From: Candidatus Berkelbacteria bacterium
GTDB lineage: Bacteria > Patescibacteriota > UBA1384 > XYA2-FULL-43-10 > 1-14-0-10-43-13
Length of the DNA stretch: 64,000 nt
Direction of reading: 5' to 3'
Assembly (NCBI GenBank): GCA_037143235.1
Contig: JBAWZC010000004.1
Location: forward strand, 1,776-65,775
The notes beneath the pieces are model-generated. The model saw only the letters and a program-made list of their open reading frames with translations. It searched no databases and was not told the origin of the DNA. The translations under genes were made by a program, and so were the position numbers. Positions within the stretch are counted from its first letter, which is position 1. Each line of letters starts with the position of its first letter. Below are positions 49,419 through 58,943 of this stretch, in pieces.

Positions 49419-50870
49419 ATGAACGAAGAAGTCATTTTACGTTTTGACGAAGTTACCTTTGAATACAAATACGACAAGCCATTGCTCGACGAGGCTAGTT
49501 TTAGCGTTCGCCGCAATGCCAAGATCACTTTGATGGGCCAAAATGGTGCCGGCAAAAGCTCTCTTTTTTCACTAATTGTTGGCGATTTGAAGCCAAAAGC
49601 AGGTTTGATTTCGATCGGTAAAGATATTACTATCGCCACAGCTCGACAGGTCGTCGCTCGAGAAGATTTGGAATTGACCGTGACAGAATATTTTGCCAAG
49701 GCATTTTCCTCGCCAGAACCAAAGTTGGCAGCGATGATGTTCAGAGTGATGACGGCGGTAAATCTCGATGTTCCAGCTGACCGAAAAGTCGGTGCGCTCT
49801 CAGGCGGTCAACAGGCACGCCTGTTGTTGGCTTTCGCTCTGATCCAAAATTCTGACATTCTCTTGCTCGACGAGCCGACCAACAATCTTGATCAGGCGGG
49901 GATTGATCACCTGATTGAATTTTTGATCATGTATGACAAGACCGTTATTGTGATCTCTCACGATGCGGATTTCTTGAACTGTTTTACCGAAGGGGTTATT
50001 TATTTGAATGTTTTCACTCACAAGATCGAATCGTATGTTGGCGACTATTATTCAGTTGTAGAAGAGATCGCGAAGAGAGTTGAGCGAGAGGAGCGCAAAA
50101 ACGCTCAGTTAAAGCGATCGATCATCGATCGTAAAGAAAAAGTCAACTTTTTCTCAAACAAGGGTGGCAAGATGCGTCGTTTGGCCAAAAAGCTGAAAGA
50201 CGAGACCGAGGAGCTTGAGGAAAATATTGTCGATGTCAGACACGAAGACAAAACAATTCGCAAATTTGACATACCCAAACAAGACATAGTCGGCGATATC
50301 GTGACACTGACAGGGATAACGGCGTTTCGTGACCACAAACCAGTCACCAAGGCCGTGGAAAAGATTATTCGCAAGAAGATGCATTTATTGGTCACTGGCC
50401 CAAACGGTATCGGCAAAAGCACATTTTTGCGTTCATTGGTTTCCGGTGAAAATGAAAATGCGAAGATCTTGGATGGTGTTGTTGTTGGCTACTATAGCCA
50501 AGATTTTTCCAACCTTGATTTTTCTCAAACAGTCTTCGATTCGCTTTTGTCAGCCAAGACAGAGTTGATGGATATTCAGTCAATGCGCTCGATCGCTGCT
50601 GGTTTCCTGATCGGTGGAGAATTGATGAGTCACAAAGTGAGCGAACTTTCCGAAGGCCAGAAGGGTCTATTATCTTTTGCTAGATTGGTGCTGATGCAAC
50701 CAGGATTGCTGATTTTGGATGAGCCGACCAATCATATCAATTTCCGCCATCTCCCTGTCATCGCCGAGGCAATTGACCGATACGAAGGTGCGCTGATTAT
50801 GGTCAGCCATATGCCTGATTTTGTTAGCCAGATCAATTTTGATGACTATCTCGAACTCGGAAAAGTTTAG
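49419..50870 (+). CDS. ABC-F family ATPase
   Basis: Two NBDs (GQNGAGKS/LSGGQ/LLDEPTN and GPNGIGKS/LSEGQ/ILDEPTN); no TM. Confidence 0.92.
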   Translation: MNEEVILRFDEVTFEYKYDKPLLDEASFSVRRNAKITLMGQNGAGKSSLFSLIVGDLKPKAGLISIGKDITIATARQVVAREDLELTVTEYFAKAFSSPEPKLAAMMFRVMTAVNLDVPADRKVGALSGGQQARLLLAFALIQNSDILLLDEPTNNLDQAGIDHLIEFLIMYDKTVIVISHDADFLNCFTEGVIYLNVFTHKIESYVGDYYSVVEEIAKRVEREERKNAQLKRSIIDRKEKVNFFSNKGGKMRRLAKKLKDETEELEENIVDVRHEDKTIRKFDIPKQDIVGDIVTLTGITAFRDHKPVTKAVEKIIRKKMHLLVTGPNGIGKSTFLRSLVSGENENAKILDGVVVGYYSQDFSNLDFSQTVFDSLLSAKTELMDIQSMRSIAAGFLIGGELMSHKVSELSEGQKGLLSFARLVLMQPGLLILDEPTNHINFRHLPVIAEAIDRYEGALIMVSHMPDFVSQINFDDYLELGKV

Positions 50871-51029
50871 CTGGAATATTGCTCTTGTCGTTGATTTTTG
50901 GCAGAGAATCAGTTAAAATCAGTTCAGGTTAATAAATATAATAAATATTCCAATATAAAAATGAAAGTTGAGGATACTAATCTCTAGGTTTTTGCAGAAA
51001 GTTTTTGTATTGGAGTTTGAAAGGATTTC

Positions 51030-52553
51030 ATGATAGTAACAATTTTGACGGCAATTGCAGCAGCAGTTGTTGGGGTTGTTGGTGGCTTCGCGGTGAACCG
51101 TTTTATGCTTAGTCAAAAGGCTTCAAATGCTCACACGAAGGCTGAGAAGATTATCAAAGATGCAGAATCTGAGGCCAAAGAACTGATTCTGGAGGCCAAG
51201 GACGAGGCGATCAAAGAAAAGGAAAGTGCCAAGAAAGAGTATCAGGAAAAGGTCAAAAGTGTTGAAAAGGTGGAGACAGATTTGAGGAAGAGAGAACAAA
51301 ATCTTGACTCTCGTTTTGATCAGCTCGATCAGTCGAGAAAAGATGTCGAGAAAAAGGGTGCTGAGATCGAAGAAATCAAACAAACCTTGCGCGATTTGCG
51401 TAAAAAACAGGAAGACAGTCTCGAGCGTATCGCCAAAATGACCAAAGATGAGGCCAAAAAGGTTCTGCTCGATGTGATCGAAAAACAAAGCAAAGAAGAG
51501 CTGGTTCGCAAGATTCGCGAAGTAGATGAGTTTGTGCGTGAAAGTGCCGAAGACAAGGCCAAAGAAATCATTGTTACGGCGATGCAGCGCATCTCCGCTG
51601 AGACTGCAGCTGAAAATACGACCTCTACTGTTCAGATACCAAATGACGAGATGAAGGGGCGTCTGATCGGCCGTGAAGGACGAAATATTCAGTCCTTCGA
51701 GCGTATCACTGGCGTTGATCTGATTATCGATGATACCCCAGACGCAGTCGTGATTTCCTCCTTTGATCCTATCCGCCGACAGGTCGCCAAGATCACTCTT
51801 GAGCAATTGGTCTCGGACGGCCGAGTCCATCCGACCAGAGTCGAGGAAATGCACGAAAAAGCCAAAAAGATCGTGGCTGAGGATGTGCGTAAATCTGGCG
51901 AACAGGCTGCCTATGATGCAGGCGTGCCAGGCTTGCCGCCAGAGATCGTGAAGATCTTGGGTCGGCTTAAATATCGAACTTCTTTTGGTCAAAATCAGCT
52001 TTACCACGCCGTGGAAGTCTCGAGAATTTCGGGCCTAATCGCCGATGAGATGGGCGTAGAAAGCTCTATGGTCAAAAAAGCGGGCTTATTGCACGATTTA
52101 GGTAAAGCAGTCGACCATGAAGTTTCTGGCTCCCATGCAGTCATTTCAGCGGATATTATGCGTAAATTCAAGCTACCAAAGGATCTGATCCACGCTGTAG
52201 AGGCACATCACGGAGATGTCGAGATGGAAACAGTCGAGGCGGCCATCGTTCAGATTGCCGATGCCATCTCCTCTGCGAGACCAGGCGCTCGTCGTGAATC
52301 TCTTGAATTCCACCTAAAAAGATTGGGTGAGCTTGAGCGTGTGGCTAACTCCTTCCCAGGGGTTGAGAAATCATACGCGATTCAAGCTGGTCGTGAAGTT
52401 CGTATCTTGGTCAAGCCTGAGGAGATCGATGATCTTACAGCCTCAAAACTAGCCAAAGATATCGCCAAGAAGGTTGAGGAAGAAGTGCAGTATCCAGGCC
52501 AGGTCAAGATTCAGGTTATTCGTGAAGTTAGGGCCGTCGAATACGCGAAATAA
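51030..52553 (+). CDS. rny: Ribonuclease Y
   Basis: TM, coiled coil, KH domain (MKGRLIGREGRNI), HD domain (LLHDLGK), YAIQAGRE. Confidence 0.97.
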   Translation: MIVTILTAIAAAVVGVVGGFAVNRFMLSQKASNAHTKAEKIIKDAESEAKELILEAKDEAIKEKESAKKEYQEKVKSVEKVETDLRKREQNLDSRFDQLDQSRKDVEKKGAEIEEIKQTLRDLRKKQEDSLERIAKMTKDEAKKVLLDVIEKQSKEELVRKIREVDEFVRESAEDKAKEIIVTAMQRISAETAAENTTSTVQIPNDEMKGRLIGREGRNIQSFERITGVDLIIDDTPDAVVISSFDPIRRQVAKITLEQLVSDGRVHPTRVEEMHEKAKKIVAEDVRKSGEQAAYDAGVPGLPPEIVKILGRLKYRTSFGQNQLYHAVEVSRISGLIADEMGVESSMVKKAGLLHDLGKAVDHEVSGSHAVISADIMRKFKLPKDLIHAVEAHHGDVEMETVEAAIVQIADAISSARPGARRESLEFHLKRLGELERVANSFPGVEKSYAIQAGREVRILVKPEEIDDLTASKLAKDIAKKVEEEVQYPGQVKIQVIREVRAVEYAK

Positions 52554-52636
52554 GATTATCAATGACCATTTAATTATCAATAACCAATTGTTAATATTGG
52601 AAATTGAAAATTAAAAAATTAATTGGAAACTGAAAA

Positions 52637-53434
52637 TTGAAAATTGATAAATTATTAAAAATTCTATTTATCGGAGACATAGTTGGCAAGCCCGGTCGGA
52701 GAGCTGCCAAGCTATTTTTGGCTGAAAATAAGAAAAAGTATGACCTAGTTTTTGCGAACGGAGAAAATCTAGCAAGCGGTCATGGTATGGTTATGACGAA
52801 GTATGATGAGATGACCGAAGCCGGCATCGACTATTTTACTTCTGGCAATCATATTTGGGACAAACCTGATTTTGAACCAGCGCTGGACGATGAAAATATT
52901 CATGTTCTTCGACCCCTAAATTATCCAGAGACAAAACCAGGTCGTGGTATGGCAGAGATAAGCGTCGGCGACAGCAAGATCGTATTGATCAATTTGCTCG
53001 GCAGAGTCTTTATCAAGGATGAGCTTCGTGATCCTTTCGCAGTTGTAAACGAAATTGTATCTCACCATAGCGACAAAATCATTGTTATCGACCTACACGC
53101 CGAAGCAACCAGCGAGAAGATCGCCATGAAATTTTATCTCGATGGTCGTATTGCGGCTCTGGTTGGCACACATACTCATGTCCAAACCGCTGACGAAGAA
53201 ATCACACCAAAGGGGACCGCTTATATCACAGATCTGGGCATGTGTGGCCCGACAAACTCTGTTTTGGGCGTCGAAAAAGATACTATTATCAAACAGTTCT
53301 TGACAGGAGAGAACCAATCGCATAAAGTAGCAACAGGAGAAGTAAATTTTTCGGCTGTCGAAATTAATATCGACAGGGAGTCGAAAAAAGCTACCTCCAT
53401 TCGCAGAATATCCCAAAAGTACGCAGCCAATTAA
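52637..53434 (+). CDS. ymdB: YmdB-family metallophosphoesterase
   Basis: GDIVGKPG, NGEN, GNH, HAEATSEK, GTHTHV; follows rny. Confidence 0.93.
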   Translation: MKIDKLLKILFIGDIVGKPGRRAAKLFLAENKKKYDLVFANGENLASGHGMVMTKYDEMTEAGIDYFTSGNHIWDKPDFEPALDDENIHVLRPLNYPETKPGRGMAEISVGDSKIVLINLLGRVFIKDELRDPFAVVNEIVSHHSDKIIVIDLHAEATSEKIAMKFYLDGRIAALVGTHTHVQTADEEITPKGTAYITDLGMCGPTNSVLGVEKDTIIKQFLTGENQSHKVATGEVNFSAVEINIDRESKKATSIRRISQKYAAN

Positions 53435-53459
53435 TTTTCCTCGGAAGGGGGTGATAGAG

Positions 53460-53732
53460 ATGAATAAAAACGAGTTGATCAACGAAATTGCTCGCAAAAC
53501 CGGTCTATCCCGTCGTGAATCAGAAGTAGGGGTGCAAACCATGCTTGATCTCATCGCCAAAGAATTGGTTAAAGGCGGCAAAGTAACACTGACAGGTTTC
53601 GGCACATTTGATGTCGGCAAACGCAAAGCTAGAGCAGGTGTAAACCCTCGCACAGCCAAACCAATCAAGATCCCAGCGTCCAAGATGCCTAGGTTCAAAC
53701 CAAGCAAGAATATCCGAACCAAGATCAAATAA
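53460..53732 (+). CDS. hup: HU family DNA-binding protein
   Basis: MNKNELI, GFGTF, R.GVNPRT, PRFKP. Confidence 0.93.
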   Translation: MNKNELINEIARKTGLSRRESEVGVQTMLDLIAKELVKGGKVTLTGFGTFDVGKRKARAGVNPRTAKPIKIPASKMPRFKPSKNIRTKIK

Positions 53733-53756
53733 TTTTAAAATCAAAAACAAAAATTA

Positions 53757-53785
53757 AAAAAGCTATCTCGTGAGATAGCTTTTTT
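53757..53785 (+). terminator. Intrinsic terminator
   Basis: AAAAAGCTATCTC-GT-GAGATAGCTTTTTT. Confidence 0.8.
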
Positions 53786-53822
53786 AATACATATTGATTT
53801 GCCGGCGCTTAGTCTCTATTTC

Positions 53823-53915
53823 TGTCATTCCTGCACTTTTGTCATCTCGACTCCCCGCAGGGGGCGGAGAGATCTTTTGAGTACAAGAGGATTTCTCCAC
53901 AAGGTCGAAATGACA
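53823..53915. repeat. REP-like TGTCAT...ATGACA element
   Basis: TGTCATCTCGAC ... GTCGAAATGACA inverted ends, related to the termini at 3449 and 58761. Confidence 0.65.
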
Positions 53916-54032
53916 ATCTGGTCTTATTAGCTTAAACACTTACCAGCTTACTAGCTTTTTTACTGTCCCTAGGTGTCATATCCGCCGAAATATGCTAGAA
54001 TAATTTCACAGTCAGATCTATTGACTTGATCG

Positions 54033-54108
54033 GCCCCAGTAGCTCAGTGGATAGAGCGAGACACTCCTAACGTCTAGGTCACAGGTCCGATTCCTGTCTG
54101 GGGCACCA
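54033..54108 (+). tRNA. tRNA-Arg(CCT)
   Basis: GCCCCAG...CT CCT AA...CTGGGGC ACCA; atypical T-loop TCCGATT. Confidence 0.9.
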
Positions 54109-54203
54109 TTCGACTTCATTTCGTTTCACTCCATTACGCTCATGGCTATAGCCATATTGGAAATAATTAATTTTAATAAATGACGGTTAGAAATTAGTAC
54201 TCT

Positions 54204-54740
54204 TTGGGTATGGAATATCGAATCTGTATTTTGGGAAATCCGGGCAGCGGTAAGACAACTCTGGCGAAGGCATTGTCAGAGAAATTTGATTTGCCGATTT
54301 TTCATTTGGATCGAGAATTCTTGGTTGGAAATTTCGAGCCATTGGCCGAAGAAGAGAGGATAGCAAGGCACCGAGCACAGATCAAGAAAAAATCTTGGAT
54401 AATTGACGGTAATTACCGAAACCCCGAGTTTCCTGAGCGGATCAAGGAAGCAGATCTCGTCATATTTTTGGATACAAGTAGAGTCGTAACAGTACCAAGG
54501 GTACTTTTGCGGACAGTGATGAGCGGACAGGATCTCAAGACTATCCCCGAGGGAGCTATTCCCAGTAGCCTTAGTTGGGAATTTTTGAAATATCTTTTGA
54601 CCTGCAACAGGAGAAAAATTCTCAGAGAATTAAAAATTATCTGCAAAACAGAAAATACGAAGCTGCTTGTGCTAAAGAATCAGCCTGTCAGTAAGATGGT
54701 CTCAGAGGTTGCTGCATATTTAAAATTGGCAACTAAATAG
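54204..54740 (+). CDS. Adenylate-kinase-like P-loop protein (FlaR-like)
   Basis: GNPGSGKTT, HLD, WIIDGNY, AD.VIFLD. Confidence 0.82.
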   Translation: MGMEYRICILGNPGSGKTTLAKALSEKFDLPIFHLDREFLVGNFEPLAEEERIARHRAQIKKKSWIIDGNYRNPEFPERIKEADLVIFLDTSRVVTVPRVLLRTVMSGQDLKTIPEGAIPSSLSWEFLKYLLTCNRRKILRELKIICKTENTKLLVLKNQPVSKMVSEVAAYLKLATK

Positions 54741-54886
54741 TTACGGTTAAAAATTTTCTTCAAAAAGCCAGCAAGGCCATGAAATATGGATATATACTCT
54801 CTTTTGGTGTATGATTTTCGTAGCGCTGGTTGCGGTTTGTTACCAGAACATTGCGTGATGAAACAATATTTAGAGATAGGAGAGCT

Positions 54887-55888
54887 ATGGAACAGAAAAT
54901 GAAAATTGACATTTCGGTCTGGGCTATCGTCAAGATTGTTTTGGCGATCGGTATCTGTTGGGCTATTTTCTTGTTGAAAGACATTTTGGTTTATCTCTTG
55001 GCTATTCTAATCGTGGCGGCTGCTCTGAGACCAACAGTAAATAGCTGGGCCAAGGTAATTGGTCGAAAATCGGCTGTTTTTGCTGTCGTCGCAATCTTTG
55101 CCGCAGTCATATTTACCGCTGGCTATCTGCTCTTTCCGCCACTTATTCAGGAGACGATTCAGTTCGTCAATGCTATTCCATTTTTGATCGACAAATATGC
55201 TTATCTGTTGACCAAAATCCCTTATCTCGATTCAGGCATTTCCCAATTGACGCAAAATCTTGGTGTAGCTACTAGCCAAGTAGTAACTGTTGCTATTAGT
55301 CTGGTCAGCGGTATCTTTGCTCTCCTGATGTCATTGGTATTGGTGGTTTACTTCCTGCTCGAAGAAAAGATTGTCGTTCATATGGTGGAAAATTTCGCAC
55401 CTCGCGGAAAAAAGGATCAGGTTTCTGATCTTGTTAATAAAATTACTGAAAAAATAGGTGCTTGGCTCAGAGGCGAGTTCTTGCTTATGGTCATCATCGG
55501 CGTTTCAGTCTATATCTTCTTGCGTATCATGAACGTTCCCTATGCTTTGCCAATAGCGGTTATCAGCGGGCTGCTAGAAGTTATTCCGACCCTCGGTCCC
55601 ATCTTTTCGGGTATAATTGCTTCTGTTGTTGCTCTGTCCGTCTCTCCGTTGATTGCTCTGGTCACGGTGATTTTCTATGTTGTCTTGCAACAGCTGGAGA
55701 ATGTCGTGATTGTGCCAAAAATAATGCAAAAGGCCGTCGGATTGCCTCCGGTTATAATCATTATCGCTATCATCATTGCCGCTCGCTTATTTGGTATCAC
55801 TGGAGCGTTGTTTGCTATCCCAGCGACTGCAGCAGGTTCGATCTTGTACAAGGAATGGATAAACACCAAAGCAAAACCAAATGAGTAA
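54887..55888 (+). CDS. AI-2E family transporter
   Basis: WLRG, IP.LGP, QQLEN.VIVPKIM, G..GAL.AIP. Confidence 0.9.
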   Translation: MEQKMKIDISVWAIVKIVLAIGICWAIFLLKDILVYLLAILIVAAALRPTVNSWAKVIGRKSAVFAVVAIFAAVIFTAGYLLFPPLIQETIQFVNAIPFLIDKYAYLLTKIPYLDSGISQLTQNLGVATSQVVTVAISLVSGIFALLMSLVLVVYFLLEEKIVVHMVENFAPRGKKDQVSDLVNKITEKIGAWLRGEFLLMVIIGVSVYIFLRIMNVPYALPIAVISGLLEVIPTLGPIFSGIIASVVALSVSPLIALVTVIFYVVLQQLENVVIVPKIMQKAVGLPPVIIIIAIIIAARLFGITGALFAIPATAAGSILYKEWINTKAKPNE

Positions 55889-56312
55889 AAAGGAATTTTT
55901 AAACAAAAAAGCTGGTTTTGATTATGAGATCAGTGATAGTCTCGAGGCTGGTATAGTCTTGACGGGTGTTGAGATCAAGGCAATTCGAATCGGTCGAGCT
56001 AATATCACAGGTAGTCACATACGGATACTAAACGGTGAAGCTTTCTGGCTCGGAGGTGAGTTCAATCTAGATGGCGACAAGCAGCGTACCAAAAAATTGC
56101 TGTTGCATCGTGAAGAACTTGACCGTTTGATCGGTAAATCAAAGGAAAATGGCCTTTCGATCATCCCGCAAAAACTATATTTGAAAAAAGGGCGCGCCAA
56201 GCTCTTGATCGGCGTTGGCAAAGGCAAAAAACTTTACGACAAGAGGGAAGTGATCAAAAAGCGAGATTTGGATAGGGAAGCGGGAAGGGCTGGTAAAATC
56301 GCCAATTTCTAG
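55881..56312 (+). CDS. smpB: SsrA-binding protein SmpB
   Basis: NKKA.FDY, EAGIVLTG.EIK, KLLLH, GKGKKLYDKR. Confidence 0.96.
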   Translation: MSKKEFLNKKAGFDYEISDSLEAGIVLTGVEIKAIRIGRANITGSHIRILNGEAFWLGGEFNLDGDKQRTKKLLLHREELDRLIGKSKENGLSIIPQKLYLKKGRAKLLIGVGKGKKLYDKREVIKKRDLDREAGRAGKIANF

Positions 56313-56389
56313 CTGCCTTCTTCTTTTTAAGGAGAAAGTCCTACCTTGAGCCTGTCGAATGGGCCAGATGAGGTTGATTATTAAATAAT

Positions 56390-56917
56390 CTACTTCTTCT
56401 CCATGCTGTACTCACAACCACAGTATTTTTGACGATAGACCTCGTACCTCTTTGTAATATCTCTGGAGTGAGTTTCGGGATCAAAATCTTTGAAGTCGAT
56501 AAAAATAAAATTGTTGGCTCCGAGCAACTCCTCGATTTTGCGTATCATCTCACTATTTTTGTATCTGGAAACCGTAAGTGTAGTGGCAATCGGGTCAAAA
56601 AAAGTTTCCTGAGCTTTTTTGAGTCGAAATTCGATGCACTTGCGGCAGCGATCACCACCCTCTGGTTCATCTTCATTTCCAGCAGTATATTCTTGCCATT
56701 TTTGATGTTCAGTCTCGTAATCAGAATTATCGATGATGTAATATATTTTGTAGATATTGCAGAGTCTTTTCAGCTCTGAAAGCCTCTTGTCGTGTTCTGT
56801 TTGCGGGTAGATATTTGGGTTATACCAAAATATGATTGCCTCATACTTCGTCATACTATATTCGATGGCTCCAGCTAGGCATGGTGCGCAGCAAGAATGC
56901 AGAATTAGCTTTTTCAT
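56390..56917 (-). CDS. queH: Epoxyqueuosine reductase QueH-like (copy 2)
   Basis: HSCCAPC, YNPNIYP, EPEGG.RC..C..FRL, YRQKYCGC. Confidence 0.88.
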   Translation of the reverse strand: MKKLILHSCCAPCLAGAIEYSMTKYEAIIFWYNPNIYPQTEHDKRLSELKRLCNIYKIYYIIDNSDYETEHQKWQEYTAGNEDEPEGGDRCRKCIEFRLKKAQETFFDPIATTLTVSRYKNSEMIRKIEELLGANNFIFIDFKDFDPETHSRDITKRYEVYRQKYCGCEYSMEKK

Positions 56918-57864
56918 TAGATCTTTTCGATGATTCTGAGTTTAGCGCTACGGGATCGGGGATTTGCAAGAATCTCCTGTTCAGAAGGAACTATGGGTTT
57001 CTTTGTAATCATTTTTATCGCAGCTTGGTGTTTACAGATGCAGATTGGCGCACGAGGGGGACAGATACAGTCTTTCGCTAGTTCTCTAAATTTGTCTTTG
57101 ACAATCTTGTCTTCGAGAGAGTGGAAAGTAATAATTGCCAGTTTCGCACCGGATTTAAGTATTTCGATCACATCGTCGATTACTCTTTCAACCCCGATAA
57201 GTTCGTTGTTAACCTCGATTCGAAGGGCTTGAAGTGTCCGAGTGGCAAAATGTTTTGTTCCGGCAAAGCGTGCTTTGGCTGGCATAGCGACTTTGATAGC
57301 TTCGATCAGTTCCCCCATATTCTTGATCGGGCGATTTTTGACAATATTTCGAGCAATCTGACGGCTAAATCTCTCGTCGCCATAGTGAAATATCAGATCG
57401 GCTAGTCGAGCTTCGCCGTAGTGGTTGACGACATCGGCGGCGCAAAATTTTTGATCTTGATTCATGCGCATATCGATCGGTGCAGCAGGATCAGCAAAAG
57501 AAAAACCTCGGGATTTATCATCCAATTGCATTGATGATACGCCCATATCGATCAGCACCCCATCGACTTGTTCAATATCTTTTCCTGAAAGGATAGTGGC
57601 AATATTTTTGTAGTCGTCGTTTACGGCGATGAGCTGTTCAGCTATCCCGCCTGCTTCAAATCTTTTTTGAGCAATCTTCAGGGCACTTTCATCTTTGTCG
57701 ATGCCGAGTATTTGTATTTTCTTTTTGTTCGAATTATTTTTTTCTGCTATCGCCAGGCTATGCCCACCCGCCCCAAGAGTGCCATCAATAAAAATTGCTC
57801 CGTCGTCGAGAGAGGAGAATTCATCTAGTATTTCGTTTAGGAGAACAGGAATATGGCTGGTCAT
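56917..57864 (-). CDS. rsmH: 16S rRNA C1402 methyltransferase RsmH
   Basis: HIPVL, DGTLGAGGHS, GVSSMQLD, FHSLED, NPRSRSAKLR. Confidence 0.96.
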   Translation of the reverse strand: MTSHIPVLLNEILDEFSSLDDGAIFIDGTLGAGGHSLAIAEKNNSNKKKIQILGIDKDESALKIAQKRFEAGGIAEQLIAVNDDYKNIATILSGKDIEQVDGVLIDMGVSSMQLDDKSRGFSFADPAAPIDMRMNQDQKFCAADVVNHYGEARLADLIFHYGDERFSRQIARNIVKNRPIKNMGELIEAIKVAMPAKARFAGTKHFATRTLQALRIEVNNELIGVERVIDDVIEILKSGAKLAIITFHSLEDKIVKDKFRELAKDCICPPRAPICICKHQAAIKMITKKPIVPSEQEILANPRSRSAKLRIIEKI

Positions 57865-57938
57865 AAGCAAAAATAATACCATAAAATTGATAATTATTAC
57901 AGTAGTGGTACAATAAATTCAAATAACAAAGGAGTTCG

Positions 57939-58313
57939 ATGTTAAACGACAAAGTGATCTTGGTTGTGGATGACGATCCAACACTTTTGGAGATGTATGT
58001 TGAGCGTTTCAAAGCTTCCGGTGCGATCGTGATCAAGGCAGTCAACGGTGAGGATGCCATCACTCAGATCAAGGAAAATCATCCAGTCTGTGTCCTACTT
58101 GATGTGATGATGCCGAAGGTCAACGGTTTCGATGTGCTGAAGGAGATTCGTGGCAATTCTGACACAGCCCAAACCCCGATCATCGTCTTGACCGCACTAA
58201 ATGACGATGTCAAGCGCAAAATGGCGATGGATCTGGGCGCAAATGATTTTATTTGCAAAGCCGAATCCCTGCCATCGGATGTGGTGGCCAAAGTCGAAAA
58301 ATTTGTAAAATAA
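57939..58313 (+). CDS. Single-domain response regulator
   Basis: VVDDD, LLDVMMP, LTA, K. Confidence 0.92.
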   Translation: MLNDKVILVVDDDPTLLEMYVERFKASGAIVIKAVNGEDAITQIKENHPVCVLLDVMMPKVNGFDVLKEIRGNSDTAQTPIIVLTALNDDVKRKMAMDLGANDFICKAESLPSDVVAKVEKFVK

Positions 58314-58381
58314 TTCGTTTATTGGTTATTCAAGTCTAGAAAGTTTTACCCCCACCAGCATTATGCCGATAGGGGTAAGGT

Positions 58382-58648
58382 TTAGCCGTAGCGATCCTGC
58401 CACGAGCCTCTTTCTTGTCTTTTTTGGGGCGATCTGTCGTCCACTTGACAGATCTCAATAACGGACTGATCGTGCCGAATGCCTGTGCATCGTAGTAGCA
58501 TTTTATATGCCACTTCTCTTACATGCATCCAGTTGATTTCTCCGTCAGCAGAGCATTTGTCCGTGCCAATACGGATATGGTATTTCCGTGCCTCTCCCCT
58601 GACATGGACTTCAAAGCAGAAAATCTGCTTTTTTACGGCAATAGTCAT
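58382..58648 (-). CDS. Hypothetical protein
   Basis: ORF with AGGGGG RBS; hairpin downstream at 58347-58378. Confidence 0.5.
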   Translation of the reverse strand: MTIAVKKQIFCFEVHVRGEARKYHIRIGTDKCSADGEINWMHVREVAYKMLLRCTGIRHDQSVIEICQVDDRSPQKRQERGSWQDRYG

Positions 58649-58742
58649 AATCTTGTCCCCCCTTCGCTGAAATAATGCCACAAATCTTCACAATAAGCAA
58701 TAGTTTTAGTAGTTTTTTTATCGTTGCTGCCCCCGCCACCTC

Positions 58743-58855
58743 TGTCATTCCCGCCTCTTCTGTCATTCCTGCGAAGGCAGGAATCTAGCCGAGATAAACT
58801 CCGGCGGCAATCTACCGATAGTCTTTTGTGGATTCCCGCCTGCGCGGGAATGACA
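58743..58855. repeat. REP/dRS3-like inverted pair plus a partial copy
   Basis: TGTCATTCCTGCGAAGGCAGGAATCT ... GGATTCCCGCCTGCGCGGGAATGACA; the latter is identical to 3489-3514. Confidence 0.85.
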
Positions 58856-58943
58856 AAGTAGTGGGATAGTTATCCTGCATAAATTTGCAAATAGATCGTC
58901 GCGTTAGTAATATTACAAATAGATTTTTTAGTAAAATTTCAAA

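Noticed and set aside
51123-52007. 294-aa antisense ORF (also 53093-53728 and many shorter ones)
   Set aside because: Shadow frames opposite well-supported genes (rny, ymdB, hup), with no motifs.
55881-56390. tmRNA next to smpB
   Set aside because: No tRNA-Ala-like ends found in the flanks.
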